Assembly (NCBI GenBank): GCA_963845515.1
Contig: CAWJSR010000023.1
Span: 64,001 to 128,000, forward strand
Direction: 5' to 3'
Length of the DNA stretch: 64,000 nt
Origin: an uncultured delta proteobacterium
GTDB lineage: Bacteria > Myxococcota > Myxococcia > Myxococcales > Anaeromyxobacteraceae
The stretch's first letter is position 1. Every line of letters begins with the position of its first letter. Below are positions 1 through 8,925 of this stretch, one piece after another. The translations under genes and the position numbers were made by a program. The notes beneath the pieces were generated by a model that saw only the letters and a program-made list of their open reading frames with translations, was not told where the DNA came from and ran no database searches.

Positions 1-465
1 GCCCTCGCGCTGCTTCAGGATGCCGTACTTGGCCTCGATCCCGAGCCAGCCGTAGTTCGCTTCCGGGCTCTTCGTGAAGTACGCGCCGACGTCGAGGTCG
101 TCGGTCACGCCGACGCGGAGCCGCAGCTTGGGGAACTTCTTGTCCGCGCCGAGCCAGTGGTCAGGGGCGGGGTGGGTGAAAGTGTCGTTCCAGGCGGCGG
201 ACTCCTCGTCGACCGTGAAGTAGATCTGCTCGACGTCGACGGCGACGCCCCGTTGGCCCAGCGTCGCCGGAGGGCCCCCCTGCTTGAAGGCGGACACCGA
301 GCCGAACTCGCGCGCGAAGCGCTCGAACGCCGGCTGCGTGAGCTCGGGGGCGAAGTGCACCTCGCAGTCGTCGAGCGACGAGTCGACGTGCAGCACGGGT
401 TGGGCCAACGCGGTCGAGGACGTCAGCAGGCCGAGGGCAACTGGGATCATCAGGGCTCTTTCCAT
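1..465 (-). CDS. Secreted hypothetical protein, possibly outer-membrane beta-rich (3' end runs off window)
   Basis: Not in ORF track. Own translation from ATG 465 with GGAGG upstream: MERALMIPVALGLLTSSTALA|QPVLHVDSSLDDCEVHFAPEL...PKLRLRVGVTDDLDVGAYFTKSPEANYGWLGIEAKYG. Signal peptide; open to the window edge. Confidence 0.75.
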   Translation of the reverse strand, partial: MERALMIPVALGLLTSSTALAQPVLHVDSSLDDCEVHFAPELTQPAFERFAREFGSVSAFKQGGPPATLGQRGVAVDVEQIYFTVDEESAAWNDTFTHPAPDHWLGADKKFPKLRLRVGVTDDLDVGAYFTKSPEANYGWLGIEAKYGILKQREG

Positions 466-702
466 GAGGACCTTCCTCCGTGTTCGGTTGTGCGACGAAG
501 GAATCGTGCGCCCTCCCGCCGGCGAGGTCTGGGCTGGCGGCGCCAATCTCTTTGCCTCGCGCGCCATGCGTGCCCGTCAACGGCTGCTTCGCCACGGGGT
601 AGGGCCGCGGCGAGGGGAAGAAGATGACCGGAGAGGGCCACGTCGTGGTCGTGCGTCCGCCGTGCACTTCTCCCGGCCATGGGTTCCGGGGGAGACTCGG
701 GC

Positions 703-1278
703 ATGTTCGCTGCCCTGCTGCTGGCGCTCGTGGGAGGCGTCGCGCTCTTCCTCTGGGGTCGCCCCCCGGCGAAGGAGCGGGCGGAGGAGCAGCTCGTGCG
801 CCGGCTGATCGACCTCGCCGTCCAGGATCAGGCCGGGGCCATGCGGCTGCTGCGGGAACATCCCCAGCTGCTCGGCGCCCGCTACCTCCACGATGAGACG
901 CTCCTGCACTTCTGCGCCGCCGAGGGGCTGGTGCCGGGAGTCCGCTTCTTCGCGGGCGCCGGGGTGCCGATCGACGCCGTGAACGAGTTCGGCGAGACGG
1001 CGCTCATGGACGCCGCCGCCCTCGGGAACCTCGAGGTCGTGAAGGTGCTGCTCCGGCATGGCGCCGATCCGAACGCCTCGTCTCGCACCAGCGACCGCGC
1101 CCTGCACGCGGCCGTGGCTCACGGGCACGTGGAGCTGGTGGCGGCGCTGCTCGATGCCGGGGCGCGGGCCGACTACGTGTCGGTCCTGGGCGAGTCCGTG
1201 TGGGATGCCGTCGGGAGGGCGGCGTCGAGGCGAGAGGAGGTCGCGCGGGTCCTCGAGCGCCACGGAGTCAGGCGGTGA
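703..1278 (+). CDS. Ankyrin-repeat protein with N-terminal TM helix
   Basis: ANK-like motifs ETLLHFCAAEG, GETALMDAAALGNLEVVKVLLRHGADPN, RALHAAVAHGHVELVAALLDAGA; GGAG before ATG 703. Confidence 0.85.
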   Translation: MFAALLLALVGGVALFLWGRPPAKERAEEQLVRRLIDLAVQDQAGAMRLLREHPQLLGARYLHDETLLHFCAAEGLVPGVRFFAGAGVPIDAVNEFGETALMDAAALGNLEVVKVLLRHGADPNASSRTSDRALHAAVAHGHVELVAALLDAGARADYVSVLGESVWDAVGRAASRREEVARVLERHGVRR

Positions 1279-1302
1279 GCCTGGCTGAGGTGTCCGCGGC
1301 AC

Positions 1303-1647
1303 TTAGCGCCCCATCACGAGGTCGATCCCGACGAACACGAGCGAGAGCTGCCTGGCCGAGACGCGTCCGGCGCGCTCCGTCAGGGCGCCGCGATCGAGCG
1401 TGACGAGCTGGGAGACGTTCGCGACGGAGTCCTTCCCGAGCCCCGTGCTTCGCGCCGGCAGCAGGACGTTCCCGGGGGCGCCGGCCCACTTCAGGTTGCT
1501 CGTGAGGGGGACGCAGACGATCGTTGCGACCCGGCTTCGGTTGAAGGCGTTTCCCTGGACCACGAGCACCGGCCGGCGAAACCCCGGGCCGGAGCCGGCC
1601 GGCTCCGGCAGGTCGGCCCAGCAGACGTCTCCCTGGGCGATCACCAC
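1303..1647 (-). CDS. mazF: MazF/PemK-family endoribonuclease toxin
   Basis: QGDVCWADLPEPAGSGPGFRRPVLVVQGNAFNRSRVATIVCVPLTSNL...DSVANVSQLVTLD; start overlaps the antitoxin stop. Confidence 0.9.
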   Translation of the reverse strand: MVIAQGDVCWADLPEPAGSGPGFRRPVLVVQGNAFNRSRVATIVCVPLTSNLKWAGAPGNVLLPARSTGLGKDSVANVSQLVTLDRGALTERAGRVSARQLSLVFVGIDLVMGR

Positions 1648-1877
1648 TCGGAGCGCCGGAGGATGCGCCGCGCGGCCGCGGCGGCGGGCGCGTCGAGGCG
1701 GGTGTCCAGCTCGCCTGCGACCCGGTTCAGCTCCTCGGTGATCCCCTCGGGCTCGTGGCGGGCGACGTACTCGGCCACCGCCTCGGCGAAGAGGGCGCTC
1801 CGGCTCTTCTTCAGGCGCCGCGCGAGCTGCTCGGCGTCCTCGAAGACGTCGTCGGGGATGGAGATGGCCGTCTTCAT
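1641..1877 (-). CDS. Ribbon-helix-helix antitoxin (MazE/ChpI-like)
   Basis: MKTAISIPDDVFEDAEQLARRLKKSRSALFAEAVAEY RHH pattern; directly upstream of and overlapping mazF. Confidence 0.85.
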   Translation of the reverse strand: MKTAISIPDDVFEDAEQLARRLKKSRSALFAEAVAEYVARHEPEGITEELNRVAGELDTRLDAPAAAAARRILRRSEW

Positions 1878-1912
1878 ACCGGAAGTATAACCAGGGGCCC
1901 GGGCCGCGTCCA
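1875..1912 (-). promoter_or_regulatory. sigma70-like promoter with operator-like palindrome for the mazEF pair
   Basis: TGGACG-17bp-TATACT, then 6 nt, then ATG; inverted ATAC-TTCCG-GTAT overlaps the -10 and start. Confidence 0.55.
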
Positions 1913-2018
1913 ACGTCTACGGTCTCGCGAGCGCCCTCACGAGGGACGCGGAGCGCCGCGCCTCCTACCACCGTTCGCGGGCTGACCGTTGACGCGGACG
2001 CCTCCACCTGACCACGTG

Positions 2019-3077
2019 ATGGGCATGCGCTCGCTCGGGGCTCTCCTCCTGCTGCTCGCGGCACGCCCCGCCTCGCCGTGCGACGCCTTCCTGTTGGACA
2101 CGGCCTCGGGCCCAGTGGTCGCCAAGGGCTACGACTGGAGCGACGAGCGCGGTCAGGTCGTGGTCAACAAGCGTGGCGTCGAGAAGCGCGCACTAGTCCT
2201 CGCCCCCTCCGACGCCCCGGCCGCCTGGAGGAGCCGTTTCGCGAGCCTCACGTTCAACCAGTACGGGCGCGAGCTGCCGAACGGCGGCATGAACGGGGCT
2301 GGGCTCGTGGTCGAGGTGCTCATGCTCCCGGCCAGTGCCTTCTCCGCGCCGGACGGGCGGCCGGTCGTCACCGAGTTGGGGCTCGTGCAGTACCTGCTGG
2401 ACCAGGCGGCGAGCACGAGCGAGGCCATCGCGCTCGCCCGAAAGGTCCGCGTCGCGCCCGTGTACGCCAAGGTCCACTACTTCGTCTGCGACGCCGTTCC
2501 TGCGTGCGCGGTGCTCGAGCTGCTACGCGGCGAGCTCGTCGTGGCAACGGGCGCGACGATGCCGGCGCGGGTCCTCACGAACAGCCCGTACGCCACCGCT
2601 GCGGCGGCCTTCGCGCGCTCGGGGCGCGGGAGGGCCAGCTCCTCTACCTGGCAGGGCTCGATCGAGCGCTTCATCCGCCTGGCGAGCCGCACCGCCGCGC
2701 CGTCGTCCGCCGCCAGCCCGGTCGCTGACGCGCTCTCGATCCTCGACACCGTGCGCTTTGCAGACTCCACGCAGTGGCAGATCGTCTACGAGCCCCGGAG
2801 CCGCCGCGTCCACTTCCGCTCGCGCTCCCGCCCGTCGGTGAAGACCGTCGCCCTGGACGCCTTCCCGCCAGGGTGCGCGGAGCCGGCCATGACCCTCGAT
2901 CTGCAGACCCGCGCCGCGGGTGAGGTGTCAGGAGCGTTCGTCCCATACGACGACGCGACGAACCGGGCGCTCCTGCGGGCCACGACGGCTCCGCTCCGCG
3001 CGCGGCTGCCGCCGGGCATCGCCGAGCGCGCTGCTGCGCTTCCGCGAGGGCTCACGTGCGTGAGGGGGGGCCGATGA
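2019..3077 (+). CDS. Secreted linear amide C-N hydrolase (choloylglycine hydrolase/penicillin V acylase Ntn family)
   Basis: Signal peptide followed by Cys (CDAFLL), AKGYDW, GGMNGAGLVVEVL, VLTNSPY, SIERF, TQWQIVYE. Confidence 0.8.
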   Translation: MGMRSLGALLLLLAARPASPCDAFLLDTASGPVVAKGYDWSDERGQVVVNKRGVEKRALVLAPSDAPAAWRSRFASLTFNQYGRELPNGGMNGAGLVVEVLMLPASAFSAPDGRPVVTELGLVQYLLDQAASTSEAIALARKVRVAPVYAKVHYFVCDAVPACAVLELLRGELVVATGATMPARVLTNSPYATAAAAFARSGRGRASSSTWQGSIERFIRLASRTAAPSSAASPVADALSILDTVRFADSTQWQIVYEPRSRRVHFRSRSRPSVKTVALDAFPPGCAEPAMTLDLQTRAAGEVSGAFVPYDDATNRALLRATTAPLRARLPPGIAERAAALPRGLTCVRGGR

Positions 3078-3123
3078 GACGTCTCGCTGCACGGTCCCCG
3101 GTCGCAGGCTAAGTGATAGCTGC

Positions 3124-3606
3124 GTGCACGCCGCGGCCCTCGTCACCCTCCTGTCCCTTGTCGTTGCGGCGCCCGGATGCGTGCCGAAGGGAGCCGTGAA
3201 CGTGATGCCATCCTCCCCGGTGCTCCACCTGAGCGTGTCCATCGAGCGTCCCCCGGCAGACGTCTACGCCTTCGTCGTCGATCCCCGGAACCTCCCGCGG
3301 TGGGCCTCGGGACTGGGCGGGTCCATCGAGGAGGTCGGCGGCGAGTGGATCGCCGCCTCGCCGTTGGGGAAGGTGAAGGTCCGGTTCACCGAGCGGAATG
3401 AGCTCGGCGTCCTGGATCACTACGTGACGCTCGAGTCGGGGCAGACGGTCTTCGTTCCGATGAGGGTCCTCCCCAGAGGTGCGGGCAGCGAGCTCGTCTT
3501 CACGCTCTTTCGCCTGCCCGGGACGAGCGACGAGGCCTTCTCGGCGGATGCCAGGACGGTCGAGCGGGATCTGGCGGCCTTGAAGCGCCTGCTGGAAGCA
3601 CCCTGA
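3124..3606 (+). CDS. SRPBCC/polyketide-cyclase-like protein (start may be ATG 3205)
   Basis: LSVSIERPPADVYAFVVDPRNLPRWASGL...GVLDHYV...PMRV...DLAALKRLLE. Confidence 0.8.
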   Translation: MHAAALVTLLSLVVAAPGCVPKGAVNVMPSSPVLHLSVSIERPPADVYAFVVDPRNLPRWASGLGGSIEEVGGEWIAASPLGKVKVRFTERNELGVLDHYVTLESGQTVFVPMRVLPRGAGSELVFTLFRLPGTSDEAFSADARTVERDLAALKRLLEAP

Positions 3607-3736
3607 CGAATCGCCACATCCAGGCCGTCCCAGATGAGGGCGCTCTTCGAGCAGGAGCGCACCGGGTGCTATGCCCAATGGGGCACGCGCCACCTGGGGC
3701 CGCACGGCGTCCACGACCTCCAACCGGGAGCAGACC

Positions 3737-4492
3737 ATGACCTCCGCAGCCAGGCGCTTCACGGGCAAGACAGTCATCGTCACGGGTGCAGGGGCAGGCA
3801 TCGGCAGGGCGACCGCGAAGCGGCTCGCTGACGAGGGCGCCCGGGTAATCGCGACCGACGTGGTAGCCGATCGGCTCGCCGCGCTGAAGGCCGAGCTGCC
3901 CGACGCCGACCTCACGATCATCGTCGGCGACGTCTCGAAGGAGGCGAGCGTGCAGGAGATCGTCGCCGCCGCGAACGGCAAGGTCGACGGGCTGGCCAAC
4001 GTCGCCGGGATCATGGACCGCTTCCAGCCGTTGCACGAGGTCGACGACGCCATCTGGGACCGGGTGATGAACGTCAACGTCACCTCGATCATGAGGCTCA
4101 GCCGCGCCGTCCTCCCGTTGATGCTCGAGGCGGGCAAGGGCGCCATCGTCAACGTCACCTCCGAGGCCGGCTTGCGCGGCTCGGCCGCGGGCGTCGCCTA
4201 CACGACCTCGAAGCACGCGGTGATCGGCATCACCAGGAACTGCTCGGTGATGTACGCGCCGAAGGGGATCCGCGTGAACGCCGTGGCGCCCGGCGGCGTG
4301 AAGACGAGCATCGAGGCGCAGATGGGGTCGCAGTTCGCGGCCGAGCGCATCGGCCCGCTGATGCAGCACGTGCTGCCCCCGATGGCCCAGCCCGAGGAGC
4401 TCGCGGCGGCCATCACCTGGCTGCTCAGCGACGACTCCGCAAACGTCTCGGGCATCGTGCTCGCCTCCGACGGCGGCTGGTCGGCGATCTGA
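3737..4492 (+). CDS. SDR-family oxidoreductase
   Basis: TGAGAGIG, NVAG, YTTSK catalytic motif, IRVNAVAPG, DGGW. Confidence 0.92.
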   Translation: MTSAARRFTGKTVIVTGAGAGIGRATAKRLADEGARVIATDVVADRLAALKAELPDADLTIIVGDVSKEASVQEIVAAANGKVDGLANVAGIMDRFQPLHEVDDAIWDRVMNVNVTSIMRLSRAVLPLMLEAGKGAIVNVTSEAGLRGSAAGVAYTTSKHAVIGITRNCSVMYAPKGIRVNAVAPGGVKTSIEAQMGSQFAAERIGPLMQHVLPPMAQPEELAAAITWLLSDDSANVSGIVLASDGGWSAI

Positions 4493-4519
4493 GGGGCCCC
4501 CCCCGGTAACCGTCCTCGG

Positions 4520-5143
4520 CTAACGGGGGTCCGTCGGCGGCGCCGCGGTCGAACGTTTCGCCTCGAAGGCGGCCCGGCGCTCGTCCACCTCGCGCTGGAG
4601 CCGCTCGACGATCGGGAGCAGCTCCGGCGCCCGCTCGGCTGCGCCACTCATCGCGATGATCGCGTCCTCGATCAGCTCCACCTGCCGGACGTCGCGCTCC
4701 CGCACCTGCTCTATCGCGGCGGCCACCGTCACGAAGAGCTCCGACAGCTCATCCGACTTGCGCAGCAGGCGCACCAGCGGGTACCGGCCGACGGCGACGG
4801 AGGTGAGGTAGCGCCGCATCATCATCGCCGGGCCGGCCACCCGGTGGGTCATGCGGACGCCCAGCCAGCCGAACCCCACCGCCGCCAGGGCGGCCACGCC
4901 GGCGAAGGCCACGAAGAGCAGGCGGTAGCTCGACTCCATGGCTCGCTGCCCGATGTAGTCGAGGCCGGCCACGGCGAGGGCGTACTGGTGGGACTGCTGC
5001 AGCCACAGCCCAAGGGACACTGCGACGATACCCACCGCAGCGGCCATCAGGAGTGCGTACTTGAGCTGGAAGCCGCGGTCGACGAGGTAGTTCCTGCGCT
5101 TCCAGCTTCCGAGCGCTGCCACGTTTCCGAATGCGGGGGCCAT
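4520..5143 (-). CDS. Two-TM membrane protein with HAMP-like region
   Basis: RRNYLVDRGFQLKY-TM-TM-THRVAGP...LRKSDELSEL; AAGGAGG upstream of ATG 5143. Confidence 0.7.
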   Translation of the reverse strand: MAPAFGNVAALGSWKRRNYLVDRGFQLKYALLMAAAVGIVAVSLGLWLQQSHQYALAVAGLDYIGQRAMESSYRLLFVAFAGVAALAAVGFGWLGVRMTHRVAGPAMMMRRYLTSVAVGRYPLVRLLRKSDELSELFVTVAAAIEQVRERDVRQVELIEDAIIAMSGAAERAPELLPIVERLQREVDERRAAFEAKRSTAAPPTDPR

Positions 5144-5249
5144 GGGCGATGCCTCCTTCTCCTTCGAGGCTGGCACGCCCGGGAGGTGGCCGTGCGCTCC
5201 CGACCCGGGGGAAGTGAGGTTCCCTTCGAGGGGTGAGGCCCCGCACGGC

Positions 5250-6230
5250 CTAAGGGAACAGGATCCCCCGCACCCCGATCTGCAGCCACGTGTGGCGCGC
5301 CCGGGTCTCGATCGGAACGATGTCGCCGTTTCCGCGGTCGACGTCCGGGTAGCGCGACGTGGAGCCCGTGACGAAGGCCCCCAGGCCGATCGCCCGGCTC
5401 AGCCGGAGGTCCCATCCGGCCGAGAGGCGCAGCAGCTCACCGCCGCCGTAGGAGGGCGTCTGGTCGGTGGCGTCGGAGAGGGCCATCACTACGTCGTAGG
5501 CGAGGCCAGCGCCGATCCACGGCGTGCTCGACGCCGCGGGCGTGAAGGCGTAGCGCGCCATCAGCCCCATCTTCACGTCGGACGTGTCGCAGCTGAAGCC
5601 ACCACCTGCGCACCACGCGTCCAGATCGGGGCCGGCCTGGCCGAACGCCACGTCCAGGAAGCCGCCCACCAGGAACCTGGGGGTGAGCCGCAGCCCCGCC
5701 TCCAGGCCGAACCCCGTCATCGGGGTCGTGAAGCCCTTCATCGTCAGGCCGGCCTCCAGATCCCCCCCCGGGATGAGCCGGAACAGGCTCGCCGCCAGCA
5801 TGATCTGCGCGGGTGGCCCGGGGGCCGTTGGCGCGACCGTGGGCCCGGCGGTCGGATCGGCGACCGGCGGCAGCGGCTCGACAGGCATGACCTGGTAGCT
5901 CTCGGGCACCGGCTGCACGGACGATGGGGGCGGGGCCGAAGGCTGGGGCTCGGTGCCGGCCGCCGCTGGCGGCGAAGGAGCGACCTCGGCCGGCGGTGGA
6001 AGGTCCCCATACGTCTTCACCGTTCCGTCGCCGTACCGGATTCGATAGACGTCGGAGGGCTTGAGGTTGCGCTGCTCGCCCCCCGGGAGCCGGATGGAGA
6101 CGCCGCGGCCGGGATCCTCCTCCACGACGGTGCCGAGCACCCTCCCTCCGTTCTTCAGGAAGACCGTGTCGAGATCGACCGCGGTGGCGGCAAGGAGCGC
6201 CGCGACGACCACGCTGACGAATGGCGCCAT
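5250..6230 (-). CDS. Secreted protein with Pro-rich linker and C-terminal outer-membrane beta-barrel-like domain
   Basis: Signal peptide; DTVFLKNGGRVLGTVVEE domain; P/A linker; amphipathic strands ending HTWLQIGVRGILFP. Confidence 0.7.
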   Translation of the reverse strand: MAPFVSVVVAALLAATAVDLDTVFLKNGGRVLGTVVEEDPGRGVSIRLPGGEQRNLKPSDVYRIRYGDGTVKTYGDLPPPAEVAPSPPAAAGTEPQPSAPPPSSVQPVPESYQVMPVEPLPPVADPTAGPTVAPTAPGPPAQIMLAASLFRLIPGGDLEAGLTMKGFTTPMTGFGLEAGLRLTPRFLVGGFLDVAFGQAGPDLDAWCAGGGFSCDTSDVKMGLMARYAFTPAASSTPWIGAGLAYDVVMALSDATDQTPSYGGGELLRLSAGWDLRLSRAIGLGAFVTGSTSRYPDVDRGNGDIVPIETRARHTWLQIGVRGILFP

Positions 6231-6351
6231 GTGGTGAACCCCCCTCCTCCCGATGGTCGGCAATTCCGGGCGAGCGGTCAATGATCCAGGTGAGCCTGGG
6301 GCGCCGCGCCGCGAGAGAGGCAGAGGGTGGAGCCGTGCTCTCCGGTGACGC

Positions 6352-7210
6352 TCAGCTCTTCCCCAGCGCCGCGGCGACGGCGTCGGCGAGCGGAGTCGTA
6401 GGCCGTCCGATCAGCCGCCTCAGATCGCCCGTGGAGTCGTCGAGCTCCCCGTGCGCGATGCCGACGTCGGAGTCCGCGTAGAGCTCGGCGACCGGCTCCG
6501 GCAGTCCAGCGCCGGTGAGCACCGCCTTGTACTGCTCCTTCGGCAGGTCGTTGTAGACGACCGTCCTGCCGGCGCGCTTCGAGACCTCCGACGGCCAGCT
6601 CGGCCATCGTGAACGGGAAGTCGCCGGCCAGCTCGTAGATCTTCTTCTCGTTCCCCGTGGCGGTCAGGACGGCGACCGCGGCGGCGGCGTAGTCGGCGCG
6701 GGCCGCTGCCGCGACGCGCCCCTTGCCGGCGCTCCCCGGTATCGCGCCGTGCTCCAGCGCGGGCCCGAGGTGCTCGGTGTAGTTCTCGAGGTACCAGCCG
6801 TTTCGCAGGAAGACGTAGGGCAGCCCCGAGACCCGGATCCGCTCCTCGGTAGCCTTGTGCTCCGCGGCGAGCCCCAGCTTCGACGTGTCGGCCCGCAGGC
6901 AGCTCGTGTAGGCGATCAGCCCGACGCCGGCGCGCTTGGCCGCGTCGATGACCGCGGCGTGCTGCTGCGCCCGCTTCCCGACCTCGCTGGAGGAGATCAG
7001 CAGCAGCCTGTCGGCACCGGCGAGGGCCGCTGCGAGCGTCTCGGGCTTCGAGTAGTCGGCCTCGCGCACCTGCACGCCGCTGGCGGCGAGGTCGGCCGCC
7101 TTCTCGGGGCTGCGCACCGCGGCCACGATCTCCCTCGCGGGGACCTTCTTCAGCAACCCATGGACGACCAGCCGGCCGAGGTGGCCCGTGGCGCCGGTGA
7201 CTACGATCAT
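6352..7210 (-). CDS. NmrA/QorB(YtfG)-like NAD(P)H-dependent oxidoreductase; +1 frameshift near 6590
   Basis: TGATGHLG, LLLISSS, LRNGWYLENY; after the shift it continues EVSKRAGRTVVYNDLP...LIGRPTTPLADAVAAALGKS* (stop 6352). Confidence 0.85.
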
Positions 7211-8100
7211 GGTGCGCGTCCTCTCAGGATCGGTTCGGGTCCGTGGTGCTTGATGAAGGTCCCGTCGTGCAGCTCCTGCAGCGCCTGCCGGACCTCGTCC
7301 CTGGTGTTCATGACGAACGGGCCGTAGCGGACGTAGGGCTCGTTGAGCGGCTGCGCGGAGAGGAGCAGGAAGCGCGCGGGCGTGGCGCCGGCGTGCACGC
7401 GGACGACCTCCCCGTCCTTCAGGATGACCAGCTTCACCGCGCCGACGGTCTTGCCGTGGGACTTCTCCCCGCCACCGACGGTCACCTCGCCCTGGAAGAC
7501 GTACAGGAGCGCGGTGTGGCCGGCCGGGACCGGCTGCTCGAACGTGCCGCCCGCCGGCAGCGCGACGTCCAGGTAGCTTGGGCCGGCGAAGATGTCGCGG
7601 ACGGCGCCCTGGACGTCGTCCACCTCGCCCGCCACCACGCGGATCCGCGAGCCGTCAGGGCGCACGACCTCGGGGAGCTTCGCCGCGGGGACGTCCTGGT
7701 AGCGCGGCGTCGTCATCTTCAGCTTCGCCGGGAGGTTCACCCAGACCTGGAAGCCGTCGAGCCGGCGAGGGCCGACCCTGGGCATCTCCTCGTGCATGAT
7801 GCCGCTCCCCGCCGTCATCCACTGCACGTCGCCGGGGCCGATGACGCCGGAGTTGCCGATGCTGTCGCGGTGCGCGACGCTGCCGTCGAGCATGTAGGTG
7901 ATCGTCTCGATCCCGCGGTGCGGGTGCATGGGGAAGCCCGCGATGTAGTCCTCGCGGTTCTCGGAGCCGAAGTGGTCGAAGAGGAAGAACGGATCGAGGT
8001 GGTCCAGCCGCTCGGTGGCGATGGAGCGCTCCAGCTTCACGCCTGCGCCGTCGCTGGTGGGGGTGGGGGTGACGACGTCCTGGATCAATCGCTCCTTCAT
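7207..8100 (-). CDS. Pirin family protein
   Basis: DPFFLFDHF, GFPMHPHRGIETITY, VQWMTAGSGIMHEE, GPFVMNT. Confidence 0.95.
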   Translation of the reverse strand: MKERLIQDVVTPTPTSDGAGVKLERSIATERLDHLDPFFLFDHFGSENREDYIAGFPMHPHRGIETITYMLDGSVAHRDSIGNSGVIGPGDVQWMTAGSGIMHEEMPRVGPRRLDGFQVWVNLPAKLKMTTPRYQDVPAAKLPEVVRPDGSRIRVVAGEVDDVQGAVRDIFAGPSYLDVALPAGGTFEQPVPAGHTALLYVFQGEVTVGGGEKSHGKTVGAVKLVILKDGEVVRVHAGATPARFLLLSAQPLNEPYVRYGPFVMNTRDEVRQALQELHDGTFIKHHGPEPILRGRAP

Positions 8101-8268
8101 CGCGGCCTCCTGAGTGCCATAGATGGATAAGCACCGCGGGGCGGCGCGCAACGCGGAGCCGCGCAACTCACTGTCCCGGCAATCGAACGATGACCTGGGC
8201 GGAGGGCGGCTGGTGGGGCGACGATCCAGTCGTTGCCACCCCGCGCCGCGGCGCGGTAAGCCTCTCGC

Positions 8269-8649
8269 GTGGGCCACTTCCTCCTCGTCTGCCTTGGCGG
8301 CGCCTTAGGGAGCGGGCTGCGCTTCCTCGCGGCCACGGGGGCGGTGATGCTCTTCGGCGCGGACTTCCCGCGCGGCACCATGTTCGTGAACCTGCTCGGC
8401 TCCTTCCTGCTGGCGCTGGTGATGGGGTTCTCGACGAGCTCGACCATGATGTCGCTGGAGCTGAGGCTCTTCCTCGGCGCCGGCGTCATGGGCGGCTTCA
8501 CCACCTACTCGTCCTTCAACTACGAGACGATCTCGCTCGCGGTGCAGGGGAGCTGGGGGGCCGCCGTCTTCAACGTGGTCGCCACGCTCGCCGGCTGCCT
8601 GCTCTTCGGCATCGCCGGGCTGGTGGTGGGGCGCGCGCTCGCCGCGTAG
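8269..8649 (+). CDS. crcB: Fluoride efflux channel CrcB/FluC
   Basis: GGALGSGLRF, FPRGTMFVNLLGSF, GVMGGFTTYSSF. Confidence 0.93.
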   Translation: MGHFLLVCLGGALGSGLRFLAATGAVMLFGADFPRGTMFVNLLGSFLLALVMGFSTSSTMMSLELRLFLGAGVMGGFTTYSSFNYETISLAVQGSWGAAVFNVVATLAGCLLFGIAGLVVGRALAA

Positions 8650-8925
8650 GCACCTCCCTCCCGAAACCACCGTGAATCTGACCGGTTGCAGGGCAGTCTG
8701 TCTCCCTGCGGCAATGGGTCGCAGACCCCCTGCGGGTTGACGGCGACCCTGTGGGGGGCGTGGCCCGCCTCGGCACCCGCGCGCCGCGAAGGCCCGGAAG
8801 GCGCCCCCGGATTTCGCGGGGATCCACACCGTATTTCACGACGGGAGCACCCGCCCGCGCCGCTGGCACGGCTCTGGAATTGTGCGCCGCGCGGCCGCGC
8901 CGGCCGCCCTCCTCAGGAGCAGCGC

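Noticed and set aside
1905..1995. Integron attC site (GTCCAAC...GTTGAC)
   Set aside because: The right box does not fit GTTRRRY, no similar sites flank neighbouring genes, and there is no intI.
8101..8268. Fluoride riboswitch upstream of crcB
   Set aside because: I could not find the GGCGATGG...CGCC and TGATGAC...CTAC core in the right arrangement; needs cmscan.
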